NCBI GenBank assembly: GCA_965285935.1
Contig: OZ260666.1
Coordinates: 37,200,001 to 37,264,000, forward strand
DNA: 64,000 nucleotides
Source: Ophelia neglecta
Lineage: Eukaryota
Direction: 5' to 3'
Shown here: positions 23,101-34,452 of the stretch, one piece after another
Position numbering within the stretch: the stretch's first letter is position 1
Layout: each line of letters opens with the position of its first letter
Notes under the pieces: model-generated
The model's input: only the letters and a program-made list of their open reading frames with translations
The model's database searches: none
What the model was told of the DNA's origin: nothing
Program-made: the position numbers and the translations under genes

Positions 23101-26100
23101 ATCAAGAAGGAAATGCAGAGGTATACCCGTCCGAAGCCAATGGCAGAAACACACCACACGCTTCAGAACAGAAAGAGGAATATGTAGCAAATATTGTGTC
23201 AGATCAAATATTTGATGACGAAAAAGGACTGTTTGTCAATCCAGACAAACAATTGGAAATCGTTGAAAAGATTTGGAAGGATAATTTGACTTTTCAGGAA
23301 GCCGAAAAAAACACATTATTGCCTATGAATGATACAGAAAACAATGGGAGTGCAGAACTTAAACAAACTTCTTCTGCGGACTATTTCGCCAGTAAAGTCA
23401 TTCAGGACATCATGGCTTCTTTTGCTGGAAATTCTTATGATTATCAGGACGAAAACCAGGAAGAATATCAGACTGATACCGAAGATGAGGGCATTGATGT
23501 AAGCAATTCATACGTGCCTGTCCAGGATACAGAAACTAGTTTTGACTTAAATGTGTCTACATTTGCAGATGACACCATGAAAAATATTGTTCTCGGGGCT
23601 TTGTCAGATATCTTGGACCGCATCAACCCAAGTGGAATAAAGACGGATCCTTTTTCACATGCAAGACAAGAATATCAAAGCAACCAGACAGAAACTGATT
23701 TTCATCTTAACGCCCAAATTGTAGACAAGAGTACCTCAGATTCTCAAATTCCGGTACCAGTTGACGAAAACAGTGTCACAAGTGCTCCTGTATCAATGGA
23801 ACCGATGCAATCAAAAGGAAAAGCCAATGAGGATTCTGAATATACAGACAAGTCTGGTTCTATCATTGCGGGATCACTGGATGAAGGAAATTGCACCTGC
23901 TCCATAGCATCCACTGAACCTAGGCAATCCGATGCATTTGCAAATCCTTTTATGCAAAGCTCAGCCAGTGACCGGTTTGACGCAAAATATTCTGAAAGCG
24001 ATGAAGAGGCAGATACGTGGGCAGGAAATATCCAAAATGTATGCAAAACAGATTCAATATGGTCCCAACAAACTACTGATGGGTTGAAACTGACTACACT
24101 GGGCAATTTTGATACCAATTCCGGCAAAATCATATCAGAGAACGTTCAAGATCAACAGTCAAATACTTTGGAAATACCAGGTGCTAGTGAAATACAACCA
24201 GGAAAAGACGATTTTATATGCGAAAAAGAAGATTGGAACCAGCAGATGTGTGTTGAAAATCCTGATATGCTGGAAAATACAAAAAAAGAAGATACCTTTT
24301 CTGAAAGCGATACTGCTAAAGGCTCTGGAACAAATAATATGTCTGAGCTGTCTGAGTTTGTTTCGGATGCTACAGCAAACATTTTTTATGGAGCTATTTT
24401 TGCCGTTCAACATCACTTGAGCGAACAAAAAGACAGTGAGGAAATGCATACTGGGCCATCAAACCTCTGCCTGGAAAAGGTCCGTTCAGAACCTCGTGAA
24501 TCCGAAGATGACTGTCATCTTTCCCAATCGGAACATTTTAAGATAGAGTCCAACCAAGGAAATTCTGAAAATGACCAGACGGGCCTATCAGCCCAGACAG
24601 GGGCTTCATTTCTGCATATTGCTGATGGCAAGGCTTTCGAAACAGTATCCGGAGCTCAATACAATCAAATGGAAAGGCTTGGAACATTCACAATTGAAAC
24701 ATCGAAAGCACCATTTGTACAAATTACACAATCAAACATCGAGCATTATGATATTGAAGCGGCTCTAGATAACCAGGAAATGGTTGGCAAGGAGTCCCGA
24801 GAAGTTGAGCATGTAAAGGAATCAGAGAGTAGTTTACAATTAAACACCACAATACAACATAGTGATACAGAAATGATGGTTGACACAAGGGAAGACTTAG
24901 AAATGCCACCCAATGGAGACCAGATTTCCATTCTCCCATCAGAATGTATTGCAACTGGCCTTTATGGAGATACCAAAAATGTGCATATTGAGGATCAAAA
25001 TCTACCTATGCATTCTGGGAAGGAGCTGGCCAGATATGCGAATTTTTCTAACTCATTTATACAAGATATAATGGCTTCCGCAATAAAAGCAGTGCTAAAA
25101 ATTAGTACATCCGAACAAAAAACAACATTAATGGAAGAATCGTGTTTATCTCCAAAAAGCCATGAGTATACATACAGTGAGAGAGGTGTTGTTGAAGGAG
25201 ATGGATCTGTTCTGGATGAGTCATGTGCCAAACTGTCCACCTGCTCACATTATGTCCCTGAAAAAATCGAAGCAGGACAAATAGATATGGCATTTGTTTC
25301 TCCAGAAAAGCCATCTGATGTAGAAAACGCGACATTCAAATCATGCAGTAATGATGAAAGTTCAGTCACACCTTTTCATATTATACCTACGGAAACTTTC
25401 TCTACTAACTCTAGTGGTAATGACGACTCTGAAAGTAGACCAACTGTTGAATTCCAGATGAAATCAGACTCGTCGACAGTTACAAACAACAAATTGAATT
25501 TAGTCAGTAATTCTGGGTCCACAGTACCATGCTCACGGCTTGATAACACAATAGAAACAACAAATTATCCAAATGGAGATGCCGAAATTCCAATAAATCA
25601 ATCTTGTGTTGCCAAAACCTCAACAACCGCATTCGGCAATATAAGACCTACAGAAGTTCCACTGGGTATAAGTGACACCGTTATAAGTTCTAGAAGTGAT
25701 ACAGATTCTACAGCGAAGCAATCTGATGATATGACATCTAAGACTGCTTTTATAGGGGATGATCGGTCGTTTTCGTTCCAAACTGCGAGAGAAGAAACAC
25801 CGGTGCAAAGTTCTGACGTATATATGAATACAGGAACAACTTCTATGTCAGAGGAATACAAACGAAATGTGGTCCTCACAAATACCAACTCATTAGAAAA
25901 TGTTGTTAGTGACCAGACTCTTGGTGTTGGAAATAATGAGCATATTGTAAATATGACAGATCCATATTCCAAAGTTGCTTTCCATGAAAGTGCAAGCAAG
26001 AAGCATTCACGTCTTTCTCACGCCAAACGTAATGCCGTTTCTAAAGGCAATTCCTTACCAACGAAGTCTAAGGGCAGTCTGTTCGAGCAGAGTGTTTTTC

Positions 26101-27845
26101 TGATACCAAATGATGAACCTCTAGGTCAGATGGAAGCTTCAGTGTCAGAAGTAACCCATTCTGAACATTTAAAAACATCAAAAGCTAAAATGTTTTCTGC
26201 CTTTATTATGGACGGTAAAGGAATTTTCGAAATTGATGACAACTCAGAAGGAATGCCGCTGACTGACCCAAATAGCCCATTCAGGCATGACAGCATAGAT
26301 GACAACTCTGAAAGTATTTTCAAACAAACACACGACAACCATTCTACGACACACAGTATAAGGGAGAAGGATGTTCATGCCCAACCATTTTCTCCAAACC
26401 TGACTGAAGCAATTGATGGAGGAGGCACACAAGTTGCCCCTGAAAATGAGGCTGATAACTTGCCTGGGGAAAGATTCGGGAGTGACAAATCAGATATTTT
26501 AACGCCAAGAAGTCAACCATCATTAGACAGTAGCTTGAAGGAATCGTCTATTTCTTCAGATCACCAAAAAGAAAACTCAGGCAATTTCTCTCCACCATTG
26601 TCCAGACCGCGGAGCATGTCTTTACCAAAGGAGTCACTTGCCCAAAATGAAGTAGATAACAGAGGTACTGGGAATACCGACACGTTAATGGAAACAAGTG
26701 ATTCAAACTTTACGACACTTTCAATGAATGAGTTTAGCAAAGAACGGCCTAGAAGTATTTCTTTAAACAAAGATTACAAGGACGAGTATAGTAGCATGTT
26801 GAACACATACTACGATGATTTAAAATCTGTAAGTGACACCGAGTCCCACCAGCGAGCATTTCGGTCAATCAATGAATCTCGAAGGGAGCCGACTTTCTCT
26901 CCCGGAGAAACAAGAGAATACATTGCTCCTTCTCATGAGGATATATCCAGGTTACCGGGAGATAGTGTTACAGAACACATTGAGAGGTTTTTTCGATCAG
27001 TAGATTTAGATGCTAGAACATGTGCAGAAATCAGCCCCAAGAACGATAAAAATCAACAGCAAAGTGAATACCATGACAAACCAATGGCCACTTTAAACAT
27101 AAAAAGAGATTCGACCCTTACAACTTCTTCCTCAAGAGATACAAAAGATGGTGAACGGCTTTTTCAGAAAGTAGTCACCGAAGGGCCAATTATCAAACCA
27201 GTGAAGCTTTTATCAGGCGGCACGCAGTTATATGGCCAATCTCCTGGTGTTCCTCATTTGGTAGAGACAAGTTCTGAAAAATTGAAACGTACAACGATGA
27301 ACAAAGAATATGACAGTTTGTCTGAAGTGAGCTCACTGACAACTACGTCTACTGGCACAGAGTGGAGCACTGGGGCATCTACTAGTGGTTCTATTCCTGT
27401 AACATATGATTCCGAGCAAACAACGGGTAAAATGCCTCCTGTTTTTATAGGTTTAGAACCACCATCTACCGGTATTATGATAAATCAAGAAAGACAATCT
27501 GTTTATTCTGCTGTCGGAAGTACATTTTTACCTCGAACCCCAAATAGACGATCTGCATCTGATGAAAACCTTTATCCGACCTTTATGTCATTCGATGAAC
27601 CCAGGACTACTCCGAAGTCTAGGTCAACATCCCGTTCAAGCTCCAGGTCCCAATCTCCTGTTGCCTCAGGCAAGGTCAAGATCAGGCGAAGAACACAGAG
27701 GATGGCATGTCAGCGGCCATCACGGCCGCTTAGTCAGCAATATGAACAGGCATCTCCAGAAGCCGAAGTTAGGCAAAGATCTAGCTCATTTGGGGCCACT
27801 GATCGCGCAGAGCTTCTTAAGGAAGGCGATTCTGAGGAATCCTGA
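20182..27845 (+). CDS. Giant alternative terminal exon, ~2554 aa, Ser/Asp/Glu/Thr-rich and largely disordered, ending in TGA
   Basis: 7.7 kb uninterrupted ORF; phase-1 acceptor tgtttgtttttgttaatag|AG matches the upstream phase-1 donors; no Ig/Fn3 motifs; stop at 27843-27845 followed by AT-rich non-coding sequence with poly(A) signals. Confidence 0.85.
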
Positions 27846-29283
27846 ACGGTTGCCTCAATACGTAGATGTACATATTCTAGTCACAATCCGTAGCACAGCT
27901 GATTTGTTCTCATTTTCCATATCCTTCCGACAATGTTAGGCGAATTAGTGATTACACCAGTTCTAAAGGTGTAAATTCACAGAAATGCCATTGAGATTAA
28001 AGACACATTTAGCAGCGTAGTTTTATTAGAGTATTAGTATTAAACTAGTTTGTTAAATTCATACCGCTGTTAGTAACAAATTTTGCCTGCCAAGGTTATT
28101 TCTGATTTGACACTAACAAGTTGCCTTTTTTTTCCATTACAGATGATCTGTAGGTTTAGGTAGCAATGATATAATAAGACCGCAATGTTCACGTGGATCA
28201 CATGTTTGGTAGTATTTTATAGGAAGCTTTTTAACCAACAATATTGTATATATATATTCGCATATAGATTATATCTTCCTTTAATCCCATGAGGGTCAAA
28301 ATGGTCATTCTTTCTAGCTTATGGCTCGCCGATTTCTCTACGACAATCACAATGGTGGGGTGTAGGTACGACGCTTTGATTTGACACTGGCCCGATACAT
28401 CGACAGTTATTATGTAATGCTGCAATCAAACACCAATCATCGTTTCCGAAAACAAAAAAAAACACAACATGATCAAATAGTGTGATTTTTTTGATAATTG
28501 TGCTTGTACCTTGATTACAGAATTGACGTGATAAATTCATGTAGATTTAGTATCCCAACCTGCTTGTTTGCTCTATTTCAGGCATGATTTCTCCTTGCAT
28601 GGGCAATATAAAGACAAATTAATGTTTGTATGTTTAATATGACCTTGTTATTGTATTAGTATTAACTAAGTGACTGTTTTAATGCAAATGAACCAATTCG
28701 TAATCTGTAATCTTTATTTTATTTTTTTCTATTTTACCATAACTTAAATCGGTATTTTGAGCCAAATATATGTGGTTTTAGCTAACAGCAATTGTTTTTG
28801 CTATTCTGAATTGCATGTATAAAATAGATAATCTTGACAGTACATATTTATTGTGTATATTTTCCTACCTTGTAATGATACTCTTAATTGAAAGTAAATT
28901 AATGGATGAGGATGTACGGTAAACGTTTGGCACCATGTTTGCCAACTGCTGGCAAACAAATGAAACCACCTTGCATGGATGGGTGTTGTCCATATATGAC
29001 TTGCTATCAGAAAAAGTTGAATCCAGAAACTCACATATTACTTACTATTGTTTTTACATATAATTAACCAAGAAATTGTATATCAAGGCAGACCTAGCCA
29101 TTGTATATAGTTTTATTATTAAAATTACCCATAAAAGTACCTGTATTTAAGAAGGCAAGCTCTTAAATCGGCCATCGGTGCTATAGTATTGGTAATTTGA
29201 TAGTAGTTCATTTTGTAATGCTTAGTATTGACACTAACCAAAATGAAACATACAAAATCCTTTTTCTGTTGCATGTTTGTTTT

Positions 29284-29293
29284 ATTAAATAAA
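29284..29293 (+). promoter_or_regulatory. Candidate polyadenylation signal (overlapping ATTAAA/AATAAA) for the giant-exon isoform
   Basis: tttATTAAATAAAg with upstream TGTA elements and downstream tccgtttgta; further AATAAA at 29499, 29520, 30059 and 30075. Confidence 0.45.
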
Positions 29294-31967
29294 GTAATAG
29301 TCCGTTTGTATAATTAAACTTAACAAACCTTACAAATGGGTTATATTCCATAGGCTGCATAGATAAAGCATGATATAATCATGGATACACCGAATGTTAA
29401 CAATTAAGTTTAATGTATAATGTTTAACAAGGGCAACTAATGTAGTGGATTGTTCTGTATGAAAAAAATCATTTGTAATTAGACATCGCAATTTTCTAAA
29501 TAAACATATCATATATGTCAATAAAATCAACCAATGTCTTAATACAACTCATAATGTTTACATTTACCAAGTTTCTTTTTAGATTATTCGATTGAAACTG
29601 TACAGGTTTTAAACATAAACTAATATTACCTTCTAGTATGCCATAAAAACCTCCAAACCTAACAATGTAGTCGGATTCATAAGCTACAAACATAGTCCTG
29701 TCATTTATTTGTCCCAATTAATCGGTCTATTTTACCTCGTATCACTTCATGGCATGTATTTATTGTTCATTTATAATCCGGGACGATGGAGCTGGTAAAA
29801 CCGTCAATTATGCATTAACCTTGGTAAAATTTATGAAATTGGCATATACTGCGTTATATCTAAAGATTCAGAGCACACGGCTTGATAAAAGTTCATGTCA
29901 TACACTTGTAGCTAAAATAAGTACTAGTAGTTAATCGTTATAAACTTTTTATCTGTAACGTTGTAACTACTATTTTTTCTGGCAAATATACTCAAATTGC
30001 TCTATACTTGCCCAGTGAATATGTTCTGCTTTACTATTGTGCTACCCCGGCTTAAACCAATAAATCAATTATTAAAATAAATATCTAAATGAAAGCTGTT
30101 AGATTATCTTGTTAATATAGTTATATAAATATTTTATGAAAGGAGTCTAGGCATGCACAACTACTACACTAGGAGCGAGAAAATAATATCCAAATAAACC
30201 AAAAACAAGATATTAAAAAAGTGAGTCCCTTAAATGAAATATCACCCAGACTAAACGCAAAGGATAATATAACTATGTGGACATAGTGCACCAGTGTTTC
30301 ATTACACGGGGAAATTATATGCCTTAAGGAGTTGAAGAAACTGATTAATATACTAGCATATCTAAATCGGAGATCTTAGACCTAAGCTTATATTAATGTT
30401 TGAAAACCAGCGAAATCTTGGATGAGGGTTAGAAAAAAGCGGTTGGCAGCTTTTCAGGCCACACAGTCTCTTTCATATAAAAGTGGCTTTTTAAATATCG
30501 TGAATTGATACTGGGACACAATGCAAAATCAATAAAGAAGTAGTATTCATTAAATCTGTCCGAATTCACCAGGAACCGTCCATCAATTGCAAGCATACTA
30601 ACACCAATCACTAGTTCCCAACGTACAAATAAGCTTTTAACAAAATTTATAATTTATAAAAGAAAATTTATTTAAATATAGGCAGTCTATACAATATGAC
30701 ACATTTTATGTAGCGGGTTGTATTTAAGACTTAACCTGAAATAAATACAGGTTAACGTACCATGCCTTTGTAACAGGCAAAGCATTCCAAAAATATTTAA
30801 CGCGATTCCAACCACGGTATTTCCAAGGTGCTGTCACAAACAATAAGAATACAGTAAATTATACATTTTGGGTAGGAATTTATTTCTAATGTCGCGATTT
30901 TCTTCTATTTAGCAAAATTCAAGTCCGGCGGAATATGGAAAAGCATTCCAGATCCTCTCGTAATAGCAGAAATGGTTTGTCATTGCGACTTAGATCTATT
31001 CTACATTCCGACTTTAATACCCACGAAAATACTTTTTACACTTTAGCGGAATAAGCATCCAGCAAGCACTGTTGACTTAAGAATAGTAGCACGGCCCATA
31101 TTTGATACAATTTGTCGATTATACAGGAAGAAAGAAACATTGTCCACTCTCTTAAAAAATGACCACTAAAGTTGTTTTTTCCAAAATCGCAATGTTTATC
31201 AACCAAATGAAATATCACTTATACATTAATGCAATTTTCAAGATGTACATGAGGAAAAACAAACAATAACAATAAAACATATTAACCATTTGCAAATAAT
31301 TTGTTAAAATCTTGAAATTCAAACTTAGACAAGGTCATATAAACTGGACTGAGTGAACACATTGGCATATTGTTCGGCATACAGTTTGATATTTTCTACA
31401 TCGGAAAATGCACATGGTGAGTAGAGATGGTTCAAAGTATGATCCGGATATGCCAATTATATGCGCATGTATCTGAAGGACCCTGCTATTGCCTTGCATG
31501 TTGCATGTTATTGTAATGTAATATTGAATGTGATATCTGTAAAATGAAAGCTGAACCATGGATATATCATATCACTGTCTCAACAGTAAGTCTCAGAACT
31601 CTGTGTAAGTATTTTTTTATTTTGGGGTAGGCCTACATACTGTTATTGGTTTAAAGGAATTATCCTTTTTTTTTGTCCAGCCATTTTCATCATCATTTGC
31701 ATAATAGCTATATCTATGAATCTCGCATGAACATCTGACGAATACAGTATACGTTCTTACATTCTATCCACTTTTATCTGAACTCTTTATCAACAACTTA
31801 TGGCAGAGATACATTAACACCATTAAACAGCTAGAAAAGATCCCTATAATACAAAAGAAACATATTCAGTATACTTCATTATTCTTGCAATCGGTATTTA
31901 AAGTTCAGCTACAAGCGACTGTCAATGACCATTCACCTTATGTTGATAACATTGCTCCTACTTCCAG

Positions 31968-32234
31968 AACTTCCAGCTAAGTTTGTCGTTCCACTAAAAG
32001 AAACAGAATCTGTGGAAGGTACTACTGTCACGCTTGAATGCCAACTTAGTGAGCCAGACCAGGTAGTGGTCTGGCTAAAGGATGGAAAGGAAGTCAAACC
32101 GACTGAAGGCGTGGAACTGGTGGCCGATGGTTTATGGCACAGACTCATTTTGAAGGACGTGCCCCTTGATGCCGAGGCTGAATATACAGTCCGAGCTGGA
32201 GAGGAGGAATCCAAAGCTATGCTGTGGGTGGAAG
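31968..32234 (+). CDS. Exon: Ig domain
   Basis: cttccag|AA ... GAAG|gtaggt; 267 nt. Confidence 0.92.
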
Positions 32235-32553
32235 GTAGGTTTGCGTGCTTTGCTTGATACCGTGTGTCTAGATGTGCCTGTGTTTCTTTTAAATTTTGGG
32301 ATGTAGTCATGATTGAAACGCTTTTTTAATTGGTCGATGGTTAGATACTTCAGCAAGTGACTATAATTTTCACCGTATTTCATTGGTCAACACAAGCCAG
32401 GGGGTTTCACTCCATCCTTCGGCTGGTTTGTAGTCATTTGTAAATATTATTTAAGGTCTTGAATAATTGAGGAATAGGTTGCTATTGACAATTGCACAAT
32501 AGGACTATATGGCAGTGTGCTGTGAATCCTCTCCCCATTTACCCTGTTTGCAG

Positions 32554-32829
32554 AGCACCCTGTGCATATCACTAAACCTCTTACGGATCAAGCCATTGCT
32601 GTAGCAGGCGAGACGGTCACACTCGAGTGTGAGGTGTCCAAGCCTGATACGGAGGGCACATGGTTCAAAGATGAAATAGAAATTCTCCCCGATGTTGATG
32701 ACAAATATGATGTTGCAGTGAAAGATTATAAGCATGAACTAACCATTCACGAGGTTGTTCCTCAAGATGAGGGAGAGTACACTGTACAGGTGGGAAAGGA
32801 AACATCTTCAACAGCATTAACGGTGGAAG
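32554..32829 (+). CDS. Exon: Ig domain
   Basis: tttgcag|AG ... GAAG|gtaggt; 276 nt. Confidence 0.92.
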
Positions 32830-32979
32830 GTAGGTTATGAAAGCTGAGCTGGTATTTTTAAATTAGTATCGTCAATGTGGGTATTGATTATTGATGTTCA
32901 TTTGAGCTCCCCGTGCCACGCTTATGTGCTCCACCCGTTTCAAGTCCGTACTAAATGTCCCCTACTGCATTTCTTCCAG

Positions 32980-33246
32980 CTACGCACTTAGAGTTCACCC
33001 TTCCCTTACAAGACAAGACAGCTATCATTGGCGAAACAATAACTTTCCAATGCGAAACTAACCAACCTGCTGATCAATATCAATGGTTTAAAGGTTCCCA
33101 ATGCTTGCAATCTGATGAACGCCGCCTCATAACTTCTGACCAGATGCTGCATCTACTTATTATTGAGAATATAGAAGCAGGTGATATGGCAGGGTATTCA
33201 TTCAAAGCAGCACAATTAGTGACGTCAGCAAAACTCACTGTCCAAG
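32980..33246 (+). CDS. Exon: Ig domain
   Basis: ttcttccag|CT ... CAAG|gtttgt; 267 nt. Confidence 0.88.
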
Positions 33247-34452
33247 GTTTGTACTTAGCCCTGCTTCATATAACTAATATTTCACCTCCCTTTTGTGCAA
33301 AATCGCACATAATTTCAAAGAGTGGTTAATTCATTGGCAAAGAGTACTAGATTTGTTTTCGAAACGATTTCTTATAATATATGGTTAACAATACCAGGCT
33401 AATGCTGTTCATCATTGTTGGGTCTATGCCGTCATAGCACAGTCGTCACTGCAAAGTGTTTGAGGTAAAAGAATAAAACGTCAAAATTGGAATGAAAAAA
33501 GTCTCCAGAGATCCCATAGTCATGGATAGAATGGAAGCGAAACAGCTTCGCAAATAATTGACGCTATCAATCGTGAATTTTTGCGATACAAACGAATGGT
33601 TTCGGCCGTCTGCATAAATCTTCTGTGCGTTTATGTCATAACTACAATATATATTTTACGGTGTATCATCATCTTCCGGCTAATCATTGACGTTTTTCAA
33701 TTCACCACTCTCATTTCTTCATTTATTCATCAGGATTCCCATTGTATGTGTTTGCTTTCATCTTATTAAATCATGTAGATAAAACGAACATTTGGTCAAT
33801 GATAACATAAACAATAGACATGATTGACCTAGTCATGCGTATAATTGAAATGTATGCCCGATGCCATCTCGAATAGTCGAATTGTATATTTTCCCACTCT
33901 TATTTTCACCCAGCTATTGTGAACGCTTATTTCATAAGGGAGTAATCTTCAATGTCTTCAGGATATAGGCGCACACATAAAGAAAAGTTTATATTGCGTT
34001 ACCCTTTATAGATACAGAAATCATGAAGACTTTCATTGGAAATAATTTATTTGAAATGAGCCATTAACTCAAAAGGGCGATACTAATGGATAAATACCCC
34101 AAATTAGGTAGTTAGGCCTCAGTCCAATCATTTTCATAATTTACATGAGGCTGTAATATGATGAACCAATTAAATAACTTTGAATTATGCTTCCCTAAAT
34201 AAGGCCAAAACAATATAATGTTCTTAATTAATGCCACTATATCTGGAAAGAATTGGAGGCTACTCCATTACGCTGCTTATATCATATCCACACGCCTTGC
34301 TTTTAACAATTAGCACACAGTATTAAAGCACAAAGAATGTACGTAGATGCCCCTTAATCTCTTGAAATGGCTATGTTAACCCTTTTCTCTATTGATGCGG
34401 GTGATCCTCAAACCTTCTTTCCCCTGATTGTTTCGTCTGTTCACTTTTGTAG

